From an uncultured delta proteobacterium (GTDB taxonomy: Bacteria; Desulfobacterota; BSN033; UBA1163): a stretch of 64,000 bases of DNA. The stretch lies in NCBI GenBank assembly GCA_963827685.1, contig CAWHBU010000002.1:1-64000 (forward strand), in the 5' to 3' direction. The notes below the pieces were generated by a model. That model saw nothing but the letters and a program-made list of their open reading frames with translations, was not told the origin of the DNA and ran no database searches. Of this stretch, positions 1 through 8,768 are shown one piece after another (within the stretch, counting starts at the first letter, position 1; each line of letters opens with the position of its first letter). A program made the translations under genes and the position numbers.

Positions 1-1
1 A

Positions 2-547
2 AGAAGGCGAGCCAATCTTGCAGATGTCTCCTGTGGGCAGGACGACTTCAAGGCCGGTCACCATATCGGAATTGAAGCCATATTGCTGGGTCAGGCGACC
101 CTGGCCATGCAGCGCTACATTGGCGGCAATGGTCGTGACGGGTGGCGCGTCAGGAAGGCTGTGCCTGAGGCGGGGATAATGATCTTGCAGGTAGGCTTTG
201 AGAACGCCTTGAGAGGTGCCCCCCTCCACAACGGCGTACCTGGCTTTTTCATTCACTTCCAGGATCTTGTTCATCCGCTTCATATCCATGACAATGCCGC
301 CTTTTAACGGGATCACGAGGCCGGTCAAGGCCATGCCATTTCCCATGGGAACGATCGGAATCCGTTCCCTGTTGGCTAACTGGACTACCTTTTGCACGTG
401 TTCGGTCGTTTCGGGCGCCACCACATAGTCCGGCAGGTGTGGCGCCAATACTCCAGGATCTCGCGAATAAAACCACAGCTCTTCGGCTGAATTCGAAACG
501 CCCCGATCTCCTAATATTTCAATTAAAGACTTAAGGATATCGCTCAT
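2..547 (-). CDS. FAD-binding oxidoreductase (GlcD/D-lactate dehydrogenase family), N-terminal part; runs off the window start
   Basis: Manual translation from ATG 547: MSDILKSLIEILGDRGVSNSAEELWFYSRDPG...PDYVVAPETTEHVQKVVQLANRERIPIVPMGNG...GGIVMDMKRMNKILEVN...GLEVVLPTG (FAD_binding_4 pattern); GGAGG RBS upstream. Confidence 0.85.
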   Translation of the reverse strand, partial: MSDILKSLIEILGDRGVSNSAEELWFYSRDPGVLAPHLPDYVVAPETTEHVQKVVQLANRERIPIVPMGNGMALTGLVIPLKGGIVMDMKRMNKILEVNEKARYAVVEGGTSQGVLKAYLQDHYPRLRHSLPDAPPVTTIAANVALHGQGRLTQQYGFNSDMVTGLEVVLPTGDICKIGSPS

Positions 548-548
548 C

Positions 549-1578
549 TCACTTCACCTCCCTTTCCTTCTCGCCTATGGCCATCTTACATAAGTCTATG
601 ATATGGATCGGTCTCAACCCCTTTTTTGCAACTTTTTCAGATAGTGTGGACTGACAGGCCGGGCAGTTAAATACACAGTACTTGGCGCCGGTTTTCAGCA
701 TATCCTCTATATTCCTCTGCTGCACATCATTAGCCAATTTGTACCCCGATACCGACCGGAGAATGTCTGCGCAACACAGACAATTTTCGCCTTGATATTC
801 TCTGTCGGGAAGCTCAACGCCTATGAAGTCCAGTATCTCTTTGACAAGAGGGTGTTTGTCAGGGATCAGTCTATTGGAGCAAGGACGCTGGTAAGCTGCT
901 TTGATGTTGAGCGGCTTGATCTTGTCCTTCAATTGCTTCAGCCTGTCCAATAAGAAGTCCATATAATAGATGGGTTGAAACGGAACTTTCATGCCATAGG
1001 CGGACGCGATGGAGGTGTAAGTGCCATAACATTCATCATGCAGACAAATCACCTCTTTCACGCCCAACCGATTAAAATTTTCAATGACGATGGGAAGCCT
1101 CTCTTTAACGACTGACATCTTTGCAAAATGGGTGTGAACCGCAGGACACATGAACTCCGCACCCAAAACCACAGCCGAGGCAACCTCCTTGAAGATTTCC
1201 CCGGAACTCAAACCGCCCAGGGCAGGGATGAGGCAGGAAGAAAGCATCCGATCCTTAATGTTCCCGACCATCGATTTGCCCTGCATCTGGGTCATATTAA
1301 TCCATTGGTTGGTAATGGGTCTCGGCGCGGTGTATATGCCCCTTTTCTTCTCTTCGTTCGCTGATGAGATAAAAAGGATGATTTCCTCTCTTGCAATATT
1401 CTTCGCAGGCATAACACGTGACACAGTCTTTCAGCACACGGGAGTCCTGCCCTTTCACCACCTTCATCATCTCTTCATGAGCTTCGTTCTTATTGAACGT
1501 CATGTATTGGCACTTTAGGAGACAATCGGCCGATGGACAGGCGGCACAAACCTTTTCATCGAATTTCAGGGCATGCAT
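549..1578 (-). CDS. (Fe-S)-binding/CCG-domain oxidoreductase, split by a 1-bp frameshift near 1340
   Basis: ORF 1297-1578 (CAACPSADC, CVTCYACEEYC) and ORF 549-1424 (YQRPCS, CLCC, CVFNCPAC) join as EEKG|IYTAPRP if one G of a G4 run is removed. Confidence 0.75.
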
Positions 1579-1594
1579 AAGAACCTCCTTTTGG

Positions 1595-1700
1595 TTACTC
1601 CGGAAAAGCTTTTTCCCCCAGGGCCATACGGCAAAGGTCGGTGATGAAAATCTTCTTCAGGCCACGGGCAGTGGCGGGCTTAGACGCAACCCACATTTTA
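1595..1700 (-). pseudogene. C-terminal remnant of a paralogous (Fe-S)-binding protein
   Basis: Reads ...ARGLKKIFITDLCRMALGEKAFPE*, resembling the C-terminus of 549-1424 (GLRPIHIIDLCKMAIGEK); no 5' part present. Confidence 0.55.
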
Positions 1701-1994
1701 TTTGCTCCTTGACGATATGTAACCCTTGACCTTTATAGCATACTGCAACATTTGAAAGCAATGATTTAGACGTTGCATTACCTCATTTTACTATGGTCCT
1801 CTACTTTTACCCTTTCACTCCTACGATCACCCTTCCATCGTCTCATGAGCCTTTTCGTCACCAAACTGTTTATAAAGCAGGACCGGTTCGGATAAGATGA
1901 TTTTAAGAGATCGTGAGAAGGAATAAAAAGAATAAAAGGAAGGGCGATGTCATCTAAAATAATTTTAAGAGCGTTAAAGAAAGGAGGAGATGTC

Positions 1995-2678
1995 ATGAAT
2001 CGTATTTCTCACAGCTCATTGTTTGACATGTTTGGGGTGCTAAGTCTGGTTTTTTTTCTATTTACATCTCTGGCCTATGCCGAAGAGAAACCTGAGGATA
2101 AGGAACTGGCAGCCATGTTAGCCCAAATCGCTCAGTTGCAGCAGCGTCTTGATAAAAACCCTTCTGACTACGAGGCGCTCCGTGATCTCGGGATAGCCTA
2201 CCATAATGCGGCCCTTAAGGACTCCAAAGTCTATGCAAAAAAGGCAGTCCAATGTCTTGAGCAGACCCGTCAGAAGAAAATTGACGATACTGTGGTCCTT
2301 TGTTATCTTGGTAGTGCCTATACATTGCTGGCCCGGGATGCCGCGGACCCAATGGACCGGCTGTCTTACGTGAATAAAGGAGTTGAGTATATGGATAAGG
2401 CGGTTCGAAAGGATCCCGATAATATCTCAGATTATGTCACGATAAGATTGGTCCGGGCAAACAACTCAATGCGTTTACCCAAGTCCTTAAACCGGAGGCC
2501 AATCGCCTACGAAGATTTTGAGCTTCTGGCCAGTTTATTCCAAAAGGGTCTGAAGGTTCCTTCACCGCTAAAAATTTCTGTTTATCGCAACCTGGCAGCT
2601 TTATATCAAGAGGACGGCAATATGGCCGAAGCGAAAAAATATCAAACCATGGCTGAAACCGTTCAGAAGGAGAAATGA
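1995..2678 (+). CDS. Exported TPR-repeat protein
   Basis: AGGAGG RBS; signal peptide ending LAYA; TPR-like helices (YEALRDLGIAYH, YLGSAY, YRNLAALYQEDGN). Confidence 0.7.
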   Translation: MNRISHSSLFDMFGVLSLVFFLFTSLAYAEEKPEDKELAAMLAQIAQLQQRLDKNPSDYEALRDLGIAYHNAALKDSKVYAKKAVQCLEQTRQKKIDDTVVLCYLGSAYTLLARDAADPMDRLSYVNKGVEYMDKAVRKDPDNISDYVTIRLVRANNSMRLPKSLNRRPIAYEDFELLASLFQKGLKVPSPLKISVYRNLAALYQEDGNMAEAKKYQTMAETVQKEK

Positions 2679-2679
2679 T

Positions 2680-3366
2680 ATGGCTCTTATTGAAATGAAA
2701 GACATAACAAAAGACTATCATCTGGGTGAAACAGTCGTGCATGCCCTTCGCGGAATCAACTTAGAGATAGAAAAAGGGGAGTTTGTGGCCATATGGGGAC
2801 CATCCGGTTCCGGTAAGACCACCCTCCTGAATCTTATCGGCGCGATTGATGAACCAACAACCGGGGAACTGGCCATTGCCGGCAAGGACGTTCGTTCTTT
2901 GTCGGACAACCAAAGAAGCAAACATCGCAATGAAACGATTGGTTTTATCTTTCAAGGCTTTAACCTGGTTCCGGTTCTCTCAGCCCTGGAGAATGTGATG
3001 TTGCCCCTTCAGATAAAGGGTGCCTCCTTTTCAGAAGCTAAGACCAAGGCCTTGAGCCGTCTAGAGGAAGTAGGCTTAAGTGAACTTATCCGTAATCGCC
3101 CTGCCAAAATGTCGGGAGGACAACAGCAAAGGGTGTCGATTGCGAGGGCATTGGTGAATAATCCCTCTTTGGTGATTGCCGATGAACCCACCGCCAATCT
3201 TGATTCGGAAACCGCCCGCATGATCATTGGCCTCATGCGAGAGCTGAATGAAAAAGAGGGAACGACATTTATCTTTTCCACGCACGATCAGCGGCTTTTG
3301 GATCAGGTCAAACGTCTGGTGCGTTTAGAGGATGGCCGGATCGTCGACGGAGGTACGAAGCCATGA
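2680..3366 (+). CDS. ABC transporter ATP-binding protein, LolD/MacB family
   Basis: GPSGSGKTT Walker A, MSGGQQQRV signature, ADEPTANLD, STHD. Confidence 0.92.
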   Translation: MALIEMKDITKDYHLGETVVHALRGINLEIEKGEFVAIWGPSGSGKTTLLNLIGAIDEPTTGELAIAGKDVRSLSDNQRSKHRNETIGFIFQGFNLVPVLSALENVMLPLQIKGASFSEAKTKALSRLEEVGLSELIRNRPAKMSGGQQQRVSIARALVNNPSLVIADEPTANLDSETARMIIGLMRELNEKEGTTFIFSTHDQRLLDQVKRLVRLEDGRIVDGGTKP

Positions 3367-4601
3367 TGAAATGGACGAAATTAGCCATTCGCAATATTCT
3401 AAGAAATAAGCGTCGGTCCTTTGTTACGTTGCTCGCGATCGGTGTAGGATTTGCAGCGATCAGCCTCTTTTATGGTTACGTTCACAATATGTATAACGGG
3501 CTAAGGTTTTCAGCTATTCGGGGAGAGGGTTTGGGTAATTTGACAATCAACAAGGCCGGCTGGCAGGAGAAAGGAAAACTCGAACCTGAGAAGTATATGT
3601 TCTCGAAAGCGGAGACAGAAAAAATTGTAAAACTCGTTGAAGAGGAGAACGGGGTCATTTTGGCCACGCCTCAGATTCAAGCTACCGGCATTGTGTCAAA
3701 TGGAATTACGTCCACCATTTTCATAGCACAGGGAGTCGTTCCGCGGGATGACAGGACCATTAAAGGAGCGTGGGCTGCTTTTAGACCCATTAAAGGAGAG
3801 GGATTAAATGACAAAAAGTCGTATGGGGTGGAGGTTGCCCAGGACTTAGCCAGGTATCTGAACCTCACCGCTGGCAAAGACGGAGTGGTGATGACCACGA
3901 CCCTCGGTGGGCAGATGAACGCCATGGACATGCAAGTGATGGGTGTATATGATTCCGGCTCGGATGCCACGAACGACAAATATATGCGCTTCACTTTTGA
4001 CTTCGCCCAGTCCCTTCTTGACACGAAAATGGCCGAAAGAATCGTAGTCCTGCTGGACAACTGGCAAAAAACCGAGGAGATGCGCAGTCTCCTTCGAGCG
4101 AAACTCGCCAAGGCAGGCATCGCCTGTGAAATAAAGACCTGGAACGAACTCTCGTTATTTTATTCCAAGGTCAGAGGGATGTTCGACATGATGTTTCTTT
4201 TCCTATTTTCCATCGTTTTGGTCATCGTGGTGATGAGCACGGTGAACACCATGGGTATGGCGGTTCTGGAGAGAACGAGGGAGATTGGAACCTTAAGAGC
4301 TCTGGGCCTGAAGCGAAGAGGTGTATCGTTGCTCTTTGCCATGGAGGGCGGCCTGTTAGGCCTTTTCGGCAGTTTCATAGGGGTCGTCCTGTATCTAAGC
4401 GTCTGGGCTATTATTCGGGGTCTGTCTCCGACCTATACCCCTCCGGGTATTTCTACGCCTGTACCATTGGTTGTTGACCTTGTACCTCAAGCCCTGTTTC
4501 TGCTGATACTCTGCCTGATACTCCTCTCTTTGTTTGCGGCCATTATCCCGGCAAGGCGTGCAGCCAAACAAAACGTCGTGGACGCCCTGGGGCACGTATA
4601 A
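3363..4601 (+). CDS. FtsX/LolE-like ABC permease
   Basis: LAIRNILRNKRRSFVT start, ERTREIGTLRALG, PARRAAK...VVDAL end. Confidence 0.9.
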   Translation: MMKWTKLAIRNILRNKRRSFVTLLAIGVGFAAISLFYGYVHNMYNGLRFSAIRGEGLGNLTINKAGWQEKGKLEPEKYMFSKAETEKIVKLVEEENGVILATPQIQATGIVSNGITSTIFIAQGVVPRDDRTIKGAWAAFRPIKGEGLNDKKSYGVEVAQDLARYLNLTAGKDGVVMTTTLGGQMNAMDMQVMGVYDSGSDATNDKYMRFTFDFAQSLLDTKMAERIVVLLDNWQKTEEMRSLLRAKLAKAGIACEIKTWNELSLFYSKVRGMFDMMFLFLFSIVLVIVVMSTVNTMGMAVLERTREIGTLRALGLKRRGVSLLFAMEGGLLGLFGSFIGVVLYLSVWAIIRGLSPTYTPPGISTPVPLVVDLVPQALFLLILCLILLSLFAAIIPARRAAKQNVVDALGHV

Positions 4602-4623
4602 AGATGATGAAAGGAGAAAAATA

Positions 4624-5389
4624 GTGAGCTACCGATCTGATAAACGATATTTGCTGGTGTTAGCTTTAACGCTTGCTTATTGGATGAGCCTTCCCCTCCC
4701 CTCGCTTCAGGCCGCCATGACCCCTAAGGAGATCCTCACACAAAGCGGATGAAGCCCGGGGTAATGCGGCGGGAGTGGAGTGGGAAATTGCAATTGATTC
4801 CATCGAAGGAGGTCGCCAGCAACAAAGAACCATCCGAGTCACGGCTCGTGGTTTCAACTCACTGGCAGATTTTTTGGCCCCGCCCAATGTGAAAGGCCAG
4901 AAGCTGTTGATGCTGGATCGCAACATGTGGTTTGCCAAACCCGGCCTTTCCAAACCGGTTCCCATCTCTCCCCGGCAAAAACTATTGGGTGGTGCTGCCA
5001 ATGGTGACATAGCATCCACCAACTATGCGGGCGATTATAATGTCGCCCATACTTCAGAAGATACAGTAAACGGCGAGATTTGCTATTTCTTTGATTTGAG
5101 CGCAGTAGATAACAGGGCTACTTATGACCGGATCAAATATTGGATATCCAAAGAGCGACTGGTAGGGCTGAGGGCTGAATTCTACACGGTTTCAGGAAAA
5201 ATGTTTAAGACAGCCACTTTTGAATATGAAAATAGCATCACTATTGATGGTATGCCACGGGAATTCATTTCTAAAATGGTTATCACAAGCGCCATAATAA
5301 AAGAGGATGTCACGACCATGAGCTATCGCAAGGCATCGATTAAGAAAGTTCCTGATTCCATTTTCAACCTGAACCTGTTGGTAAAATAG
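4624..5389 (+). CDS. LolA-like outer-membrane lipoprotein-sorting protein, 1-bp frameshift near 4743
   Basis: GTG after AGGAG; signal peptide ...LQAAMTPKEILTQ continues as ADEARG...GQKLLMLDRNMW...ISPRQKLLG.AANGDIA...EFYTVSGK if one A is removed. Confidence 0.75.
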
Positions 5390-5473
5390 AGAATTCAGAA
5401 TTCAGGAGTCAGAAGTCAGAATAAAAATCTCACTGAAAGGTTCTCAATTCTCTCTTCTGGATTCTGGCTTCTT
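5389..5473. repeat. Degenerate heptamer tandem repeat (AGAATTC/AGGAGTC/AGAAGTC) with an inverted counterpart, forming an intergenic hairpin
   Basis: agaattcagaattcaggagtcagaagtcagaat ... attctctcttctggattctggcttct. Confidence 0.6.
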
Positions 5474-5503
5474 ACACCAATCCGAGTGACCGAGCGCATT
5501 CGC

Positions 5504-6880
5504 ATGAAAAAGCGTCTTCTCACGATTTTTGTCTTACTAGTGGTTGGCTTTGGATCATGGCCTGGGAGAGGTATGGCCGATGAGGATGGCAATACAAACT
5601 TTGCTGCAATCCAGAAGACGCTGGCCGAGCATTTTTCGTTCGATTTGAGGATTTTAGCCTCTGGCGTTATCCAGGAGCCTACTGATTCAAGTCAAAATCC
5701 AGGAAACAATTTTCTTCAAATCCCACGTTACTTGGTGGATTTGGAGATACGACCGGATCTGCGTCTGAACATCGACCCTTTAGAGTTAAGCATTAAACCC
5801 AGAATGAGACTTGACTACAGTGACTGGCGAGAAGGGCTCCGCAAGGGAAATTCAGAATGGAATGTCGATTGGTACATCAATGAATGGCTGGCAAGATGGA
5901 AAGTGCGTCAAAATCTTTTCGTATCCTATGGCCGCGAAAACCTGCAATGGGGGCCTTCGTTTCTTTTCTCTCCTTCCAATCCATTTTTCCAGGATAATGG
6001 TCGCCGCAACCCGTATGTGGAAGTGCCGGGCATGGACTTCGGCCGATTGGTCTGGATTCCGGGAAGTTCCTGGACCTTATCCTTTATCGCGAATACGGAT
6101 GAAGGGCAGAACAAGACTCACGGACTCGACCCATTTGAGAAGATCTTCATTCCCCCGAATGGGCTACCACCTTTTGAAAGGACCTATGCCTTAAAGGCAG
6201 ATTATACAGGCCGGGAGAATTATGGCTCGGTGATTCTCTCTTACAGGGAAGGCTCCAAGTTATCGCTCGGTTTTTTTGGAGGGTGGACGATTTCCGACGC
6301 CGTCGTGCTCTATGGTGAGGGAGTCATTACTCAAGGAAGCGATGCATTGTACCCCAAGAGGGATAGCTCCCCTTTGGGGGCCTCCATGCAACCATTTCAT
6401 AAAAACGACTCGACCATTAAACCGGTCCTCTTAATCGGAGGCTCCTATACCTTTGCAGGGGGCGGAACCTTGTACCTTGAATATGCCTATAACAGCCCGG
6501 GCTACAGCGATTCTGAGGCGGATAATTACTATTCTTTAAGGCGCAGGGCAGCGGGAGCGGTCAGCCTTGGTGGTTTAATATCGGCATTGGGAGAAAAGAC
6601 CCTTGGCCAAACGGAAATTACAGGATTAAGATTTTTGCGGAAGAATTATGCTATGCTTCAATATACTCAGACAAATATTAAGAACAAAATCGATCTTACC
6701 TTACGTTGGACCCAGAAGCTGAATGATGGATCCGGTCAATTTACAGCCGTTGTGTCATATTCTCTGGGTAATCATCTGGAGCTGTTTTCTGTCGGTACCG
6801 TAGACGAGGGTGGCAGGAATACAGAGTTTGGAAGTATCTTACGTTATCAATGGATGGCGGGCTTAAAGTACACATTTTAA
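5504..6880 (+). CDS. Putative outer-membrane beta-barrel protein
   Basis: Signal peptide; GRENLQWG motif; alternating beta-strand pattern; C-terminal GLKYTF. Confidence 0.7.
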   Translation: MKKRLLTIFVLLVVGFGSWPGRGMADEDGNTNFAAIQKTLAEHFSFDLRILASGVIQEPTDSSQNPGNNFLQIPRYLVDLEIRPDLRLNIDPLELSIKPRMRLDYSDWREGLRKGNSEWNVDWYINEWLARWKVRQNLFVSYGRENLQWGPSFLFSPSNPFFQDNGRRNPYVEVPGMDFGRLVWIPGSSWTLSFIANTDEGQNKTHGLDPFEKIFIPPNGLPPFERTYALKADYTGRENYGSVILSYREGSKLSLGFFGGWTISDAVVLYGEGVITQGSDALYPKRDSSPLGASMQPFHKNDSTIKPVLLIGGSYTFAGGGTLYLEYAYNSPGYSDSEADNYYSLRRRAAGAVSLGGLISALGEKTLGQTEITGLRFLRKNYAMLQYTQTNIKNKIDLTLRWTQKLNDGSGQFTAVVSYSLGNHLELFSVGTVDEGGRNTEFGSILRYQWMAGLKYTF

Positions 6881-6905
6881 GGCAGAAAGGGCCGATCATT
6901 TTAGT

Positions 6906-7970
6906 ATGGGACAGGTAGGGAATCACGTAAAGAACTATATCCATCGCAAAAATGTCCTTATCGATTTCCTCTATACCGTGATCATCTCCACCTTGATCGC
7001 GGCATTCCTGACCATTTCGGGCATCACCACGAAGTCCTTTATCATTAATCTCATTGTGTCTCAATCTTTCGGGATCTCCATTTGCTCGACGATCATGTTC
7101 TTGCTGTGGATATTCAAACCAGAGAAAACGGCATTTTTAGTGCTCATCGTTTTGGTAGGCATTGCCGGTGGAACCTTGATCGGCTTACAGTTAGGGTCTT
7201 TTGTCCTTCAGGAGATTTTTTCCGTAGTCCTGAAGCAGCCTGAGAAAAGCCTTTTTCGAACCATCATATTAGCCATTACTTTCAGTATTGTGGTCAGTTA
7301 CTTTTTCATCTCCAAATCAAGATTAAGAACCAGTCAGGAGGAGATGCAGCAAGAAAGGATCAAACGTCTTTCCAGTGAAAAAGAAGCCCTCGAGGCCAAT
7401 CTGAGACTGCTTCAGGCCCAGATCGAGCCTCATTTCCTGTTCAACACCCTTTCCAATATCCTGAGCCTGATCGACACAGACCCGGCCAATGGCAAGGTCA
7501 TGCTATTGGATCTGATTCACTACCTGCGCACCTCTTTATCAAGGACGTTTCCTGATCCAATTACGTTGGGCCAGGAAATGGATATCCTCAAGGCCTATCT
7601 GAATATTCAGAAAATAAGGATGGGGGAGAGACTCCATTTTAGGATTGAGCTTCCTGATGCGATTCGTCAACATCCCTTCCCTCCTATGCTGCTTCAGCCT
7701 CTGGTAGAGAATGCAATAAAACACGGTCTTGAGCCAAAGATGGACGGAGGAGAAATCCTGATAAAGGCTACGGAAGAAACCGACCTCATTAAAATCGAAG
7801 TCGTAGATACGGGCAGCGGATTCTCTTCTTTTCATAACACTGGGGTGGGAATTGCAAACGTGAGAGAACGTATTAAATTGCTTTACGGAGAAAAAGGGCG
7901 TTTCATACTTGAGCAAAACAAGCCGAATGGAGTCAGGGCGATCATCGAGGTGCAAAAGCATGGTGTATAA
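6906..7970 (+). CDS. LytS/YehU-family sensor histidine kinase
   Basis: N-terminal TM helices; LQAQIEPHFLFNTL, LQPLVENAIKHG, GVGIANVRERI. Confidence 0.92.
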   Translation: MGQVGNHVKNYIHRKNVLIDFLYTVIISTLIAAFLTISGITTKSFIINLIVSQSFGISICSTIMFLLWIFKPEKTAFLVLIVLVGIAGGTLIGLQLGSFVLQEIFSVVLKQPEKSLFRTIILAITFSIVVSYFFISKSRLRTSQEEMQQERIKRLSSEKEALEANLRLLQAQIEPHFLFNTLSNILSLIDTDPANGKVMLLDLIHYLRTSLSRTFPDPITLGQEMDILKAYLNIQKIRMGERLHFRIELPDAIRQHPFPPMLLQPLVENAIKHGLEPKMDGGEILIKATEETDLIKIEVVDTGSGFSSFHNTGVGIANVRERIKLLYGEKGRFILEQNKPNGVRAIIEVQKHGV

Positions 7971-8697
7971 AGCCATCATTGCTGACGATGAAAAGGAGTT
8001 GAGAACATACCTCAAATCCATCTTATCAGGGATTTGGCCGGAGCTCGTCATTTGCGGTGAGGCCGAGAACGGCAAAGAAGCCGTTGAATTAGTCGAATCA
8101 GAGCACCCGCAGATCGCCTTCCTCGACATCAAGATGCCCGGTTTCTCAGGCATGGAAGTGGCAAAAAGAATTGCAGGTCAATGTCGGATCATATTTGTCA
8201 CCGCATTTGATCAGTATGCGGTAGAAGCCTTCGAGAGAGAAGCGGTTGATTATCTCGTCAAACCCGTATCAAAAGACAGGCTGGTTCAGACCGTTCAACG
8301 CCTTAAAAACCAATTAGATTCCTCCACTGAACCACCTGCAAGATTGGCTGAGGTCGTAGAACAGATTCTTTCCAAGTTACCAGCCAAAGGGGGAACTGAT
8401 TTTCTGCGTTGGATTAAAACACAAGATAAAGATAGCGTCCGTCTCGTACCCGTGGAGGAGGCGGACTACTTCAAGGCCGAGGATAAATACACCCTGGTCG
8501 TCACAAAACAAGGGGAGTCCCTCATCAAGAAGAGTATTAAGGAATTGGCCCAGGAACTCGACCCCGGTCAATTCTGGCAGATCCATCGGGCAACCATCGT
8601 GAATGTGTCCAAGATAGACAAAGTCAGTCGTTCACTAACCGGAAGAGGAATGTTGAAACTTAAAGGCAGGCCAGAGCTTCTCACCGTAAGCCGCTAA
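7960..8697 (+). CDS. LytTR-family response regulator; last residues displaced by an insertion
   Basis: IADDE, FLDIKMPG, FVTAFDQYAVEAFE, FWQIHRATIVN; ends LTVSR* at the element boundary, and the frame resumes AHSHL after 11831. Confidence 0.9.
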   Translation: MVYKAIIADDEKELRTYLKSILSGIWPELVICGEAENGKEAVELVESEHPQIAFLDIKMPGFSGMEVAKRIAGQCRIIFVTAFDQYAVEAFEREAVDYLVKPVSKDRLVQTVQRLKNQLDSSTEPPARLAEVVEQILSKLPAKGGTDFLRWIKTQDKDSVRLVPVEEADYFKAEDKYTLVVTKQGESLIKKSIKELAQELDPGQFWQIHRATIVNVSKIDKVSRSLTGRGMLKLKGRPELLTVSR

Positions 8698-8732
8698 CTA
8701 CCAGATCGTACGTTTAAGGAAAAGGGAGAAAT

Positions 8733-8768
8733 GGGTGACACTCCCAATAGGGAGAAAGGAGTGTCACC
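8733..8768 (+). promoter_or_regulatory. Hairpin covering the RBS of the first transposase
   Basis: GGTGACACTCC...GGAGTGTCACC is a perfect 11-bp stem whose 3' arm includes GGAG and ends at ATG 8769. Confidence 0.55.
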
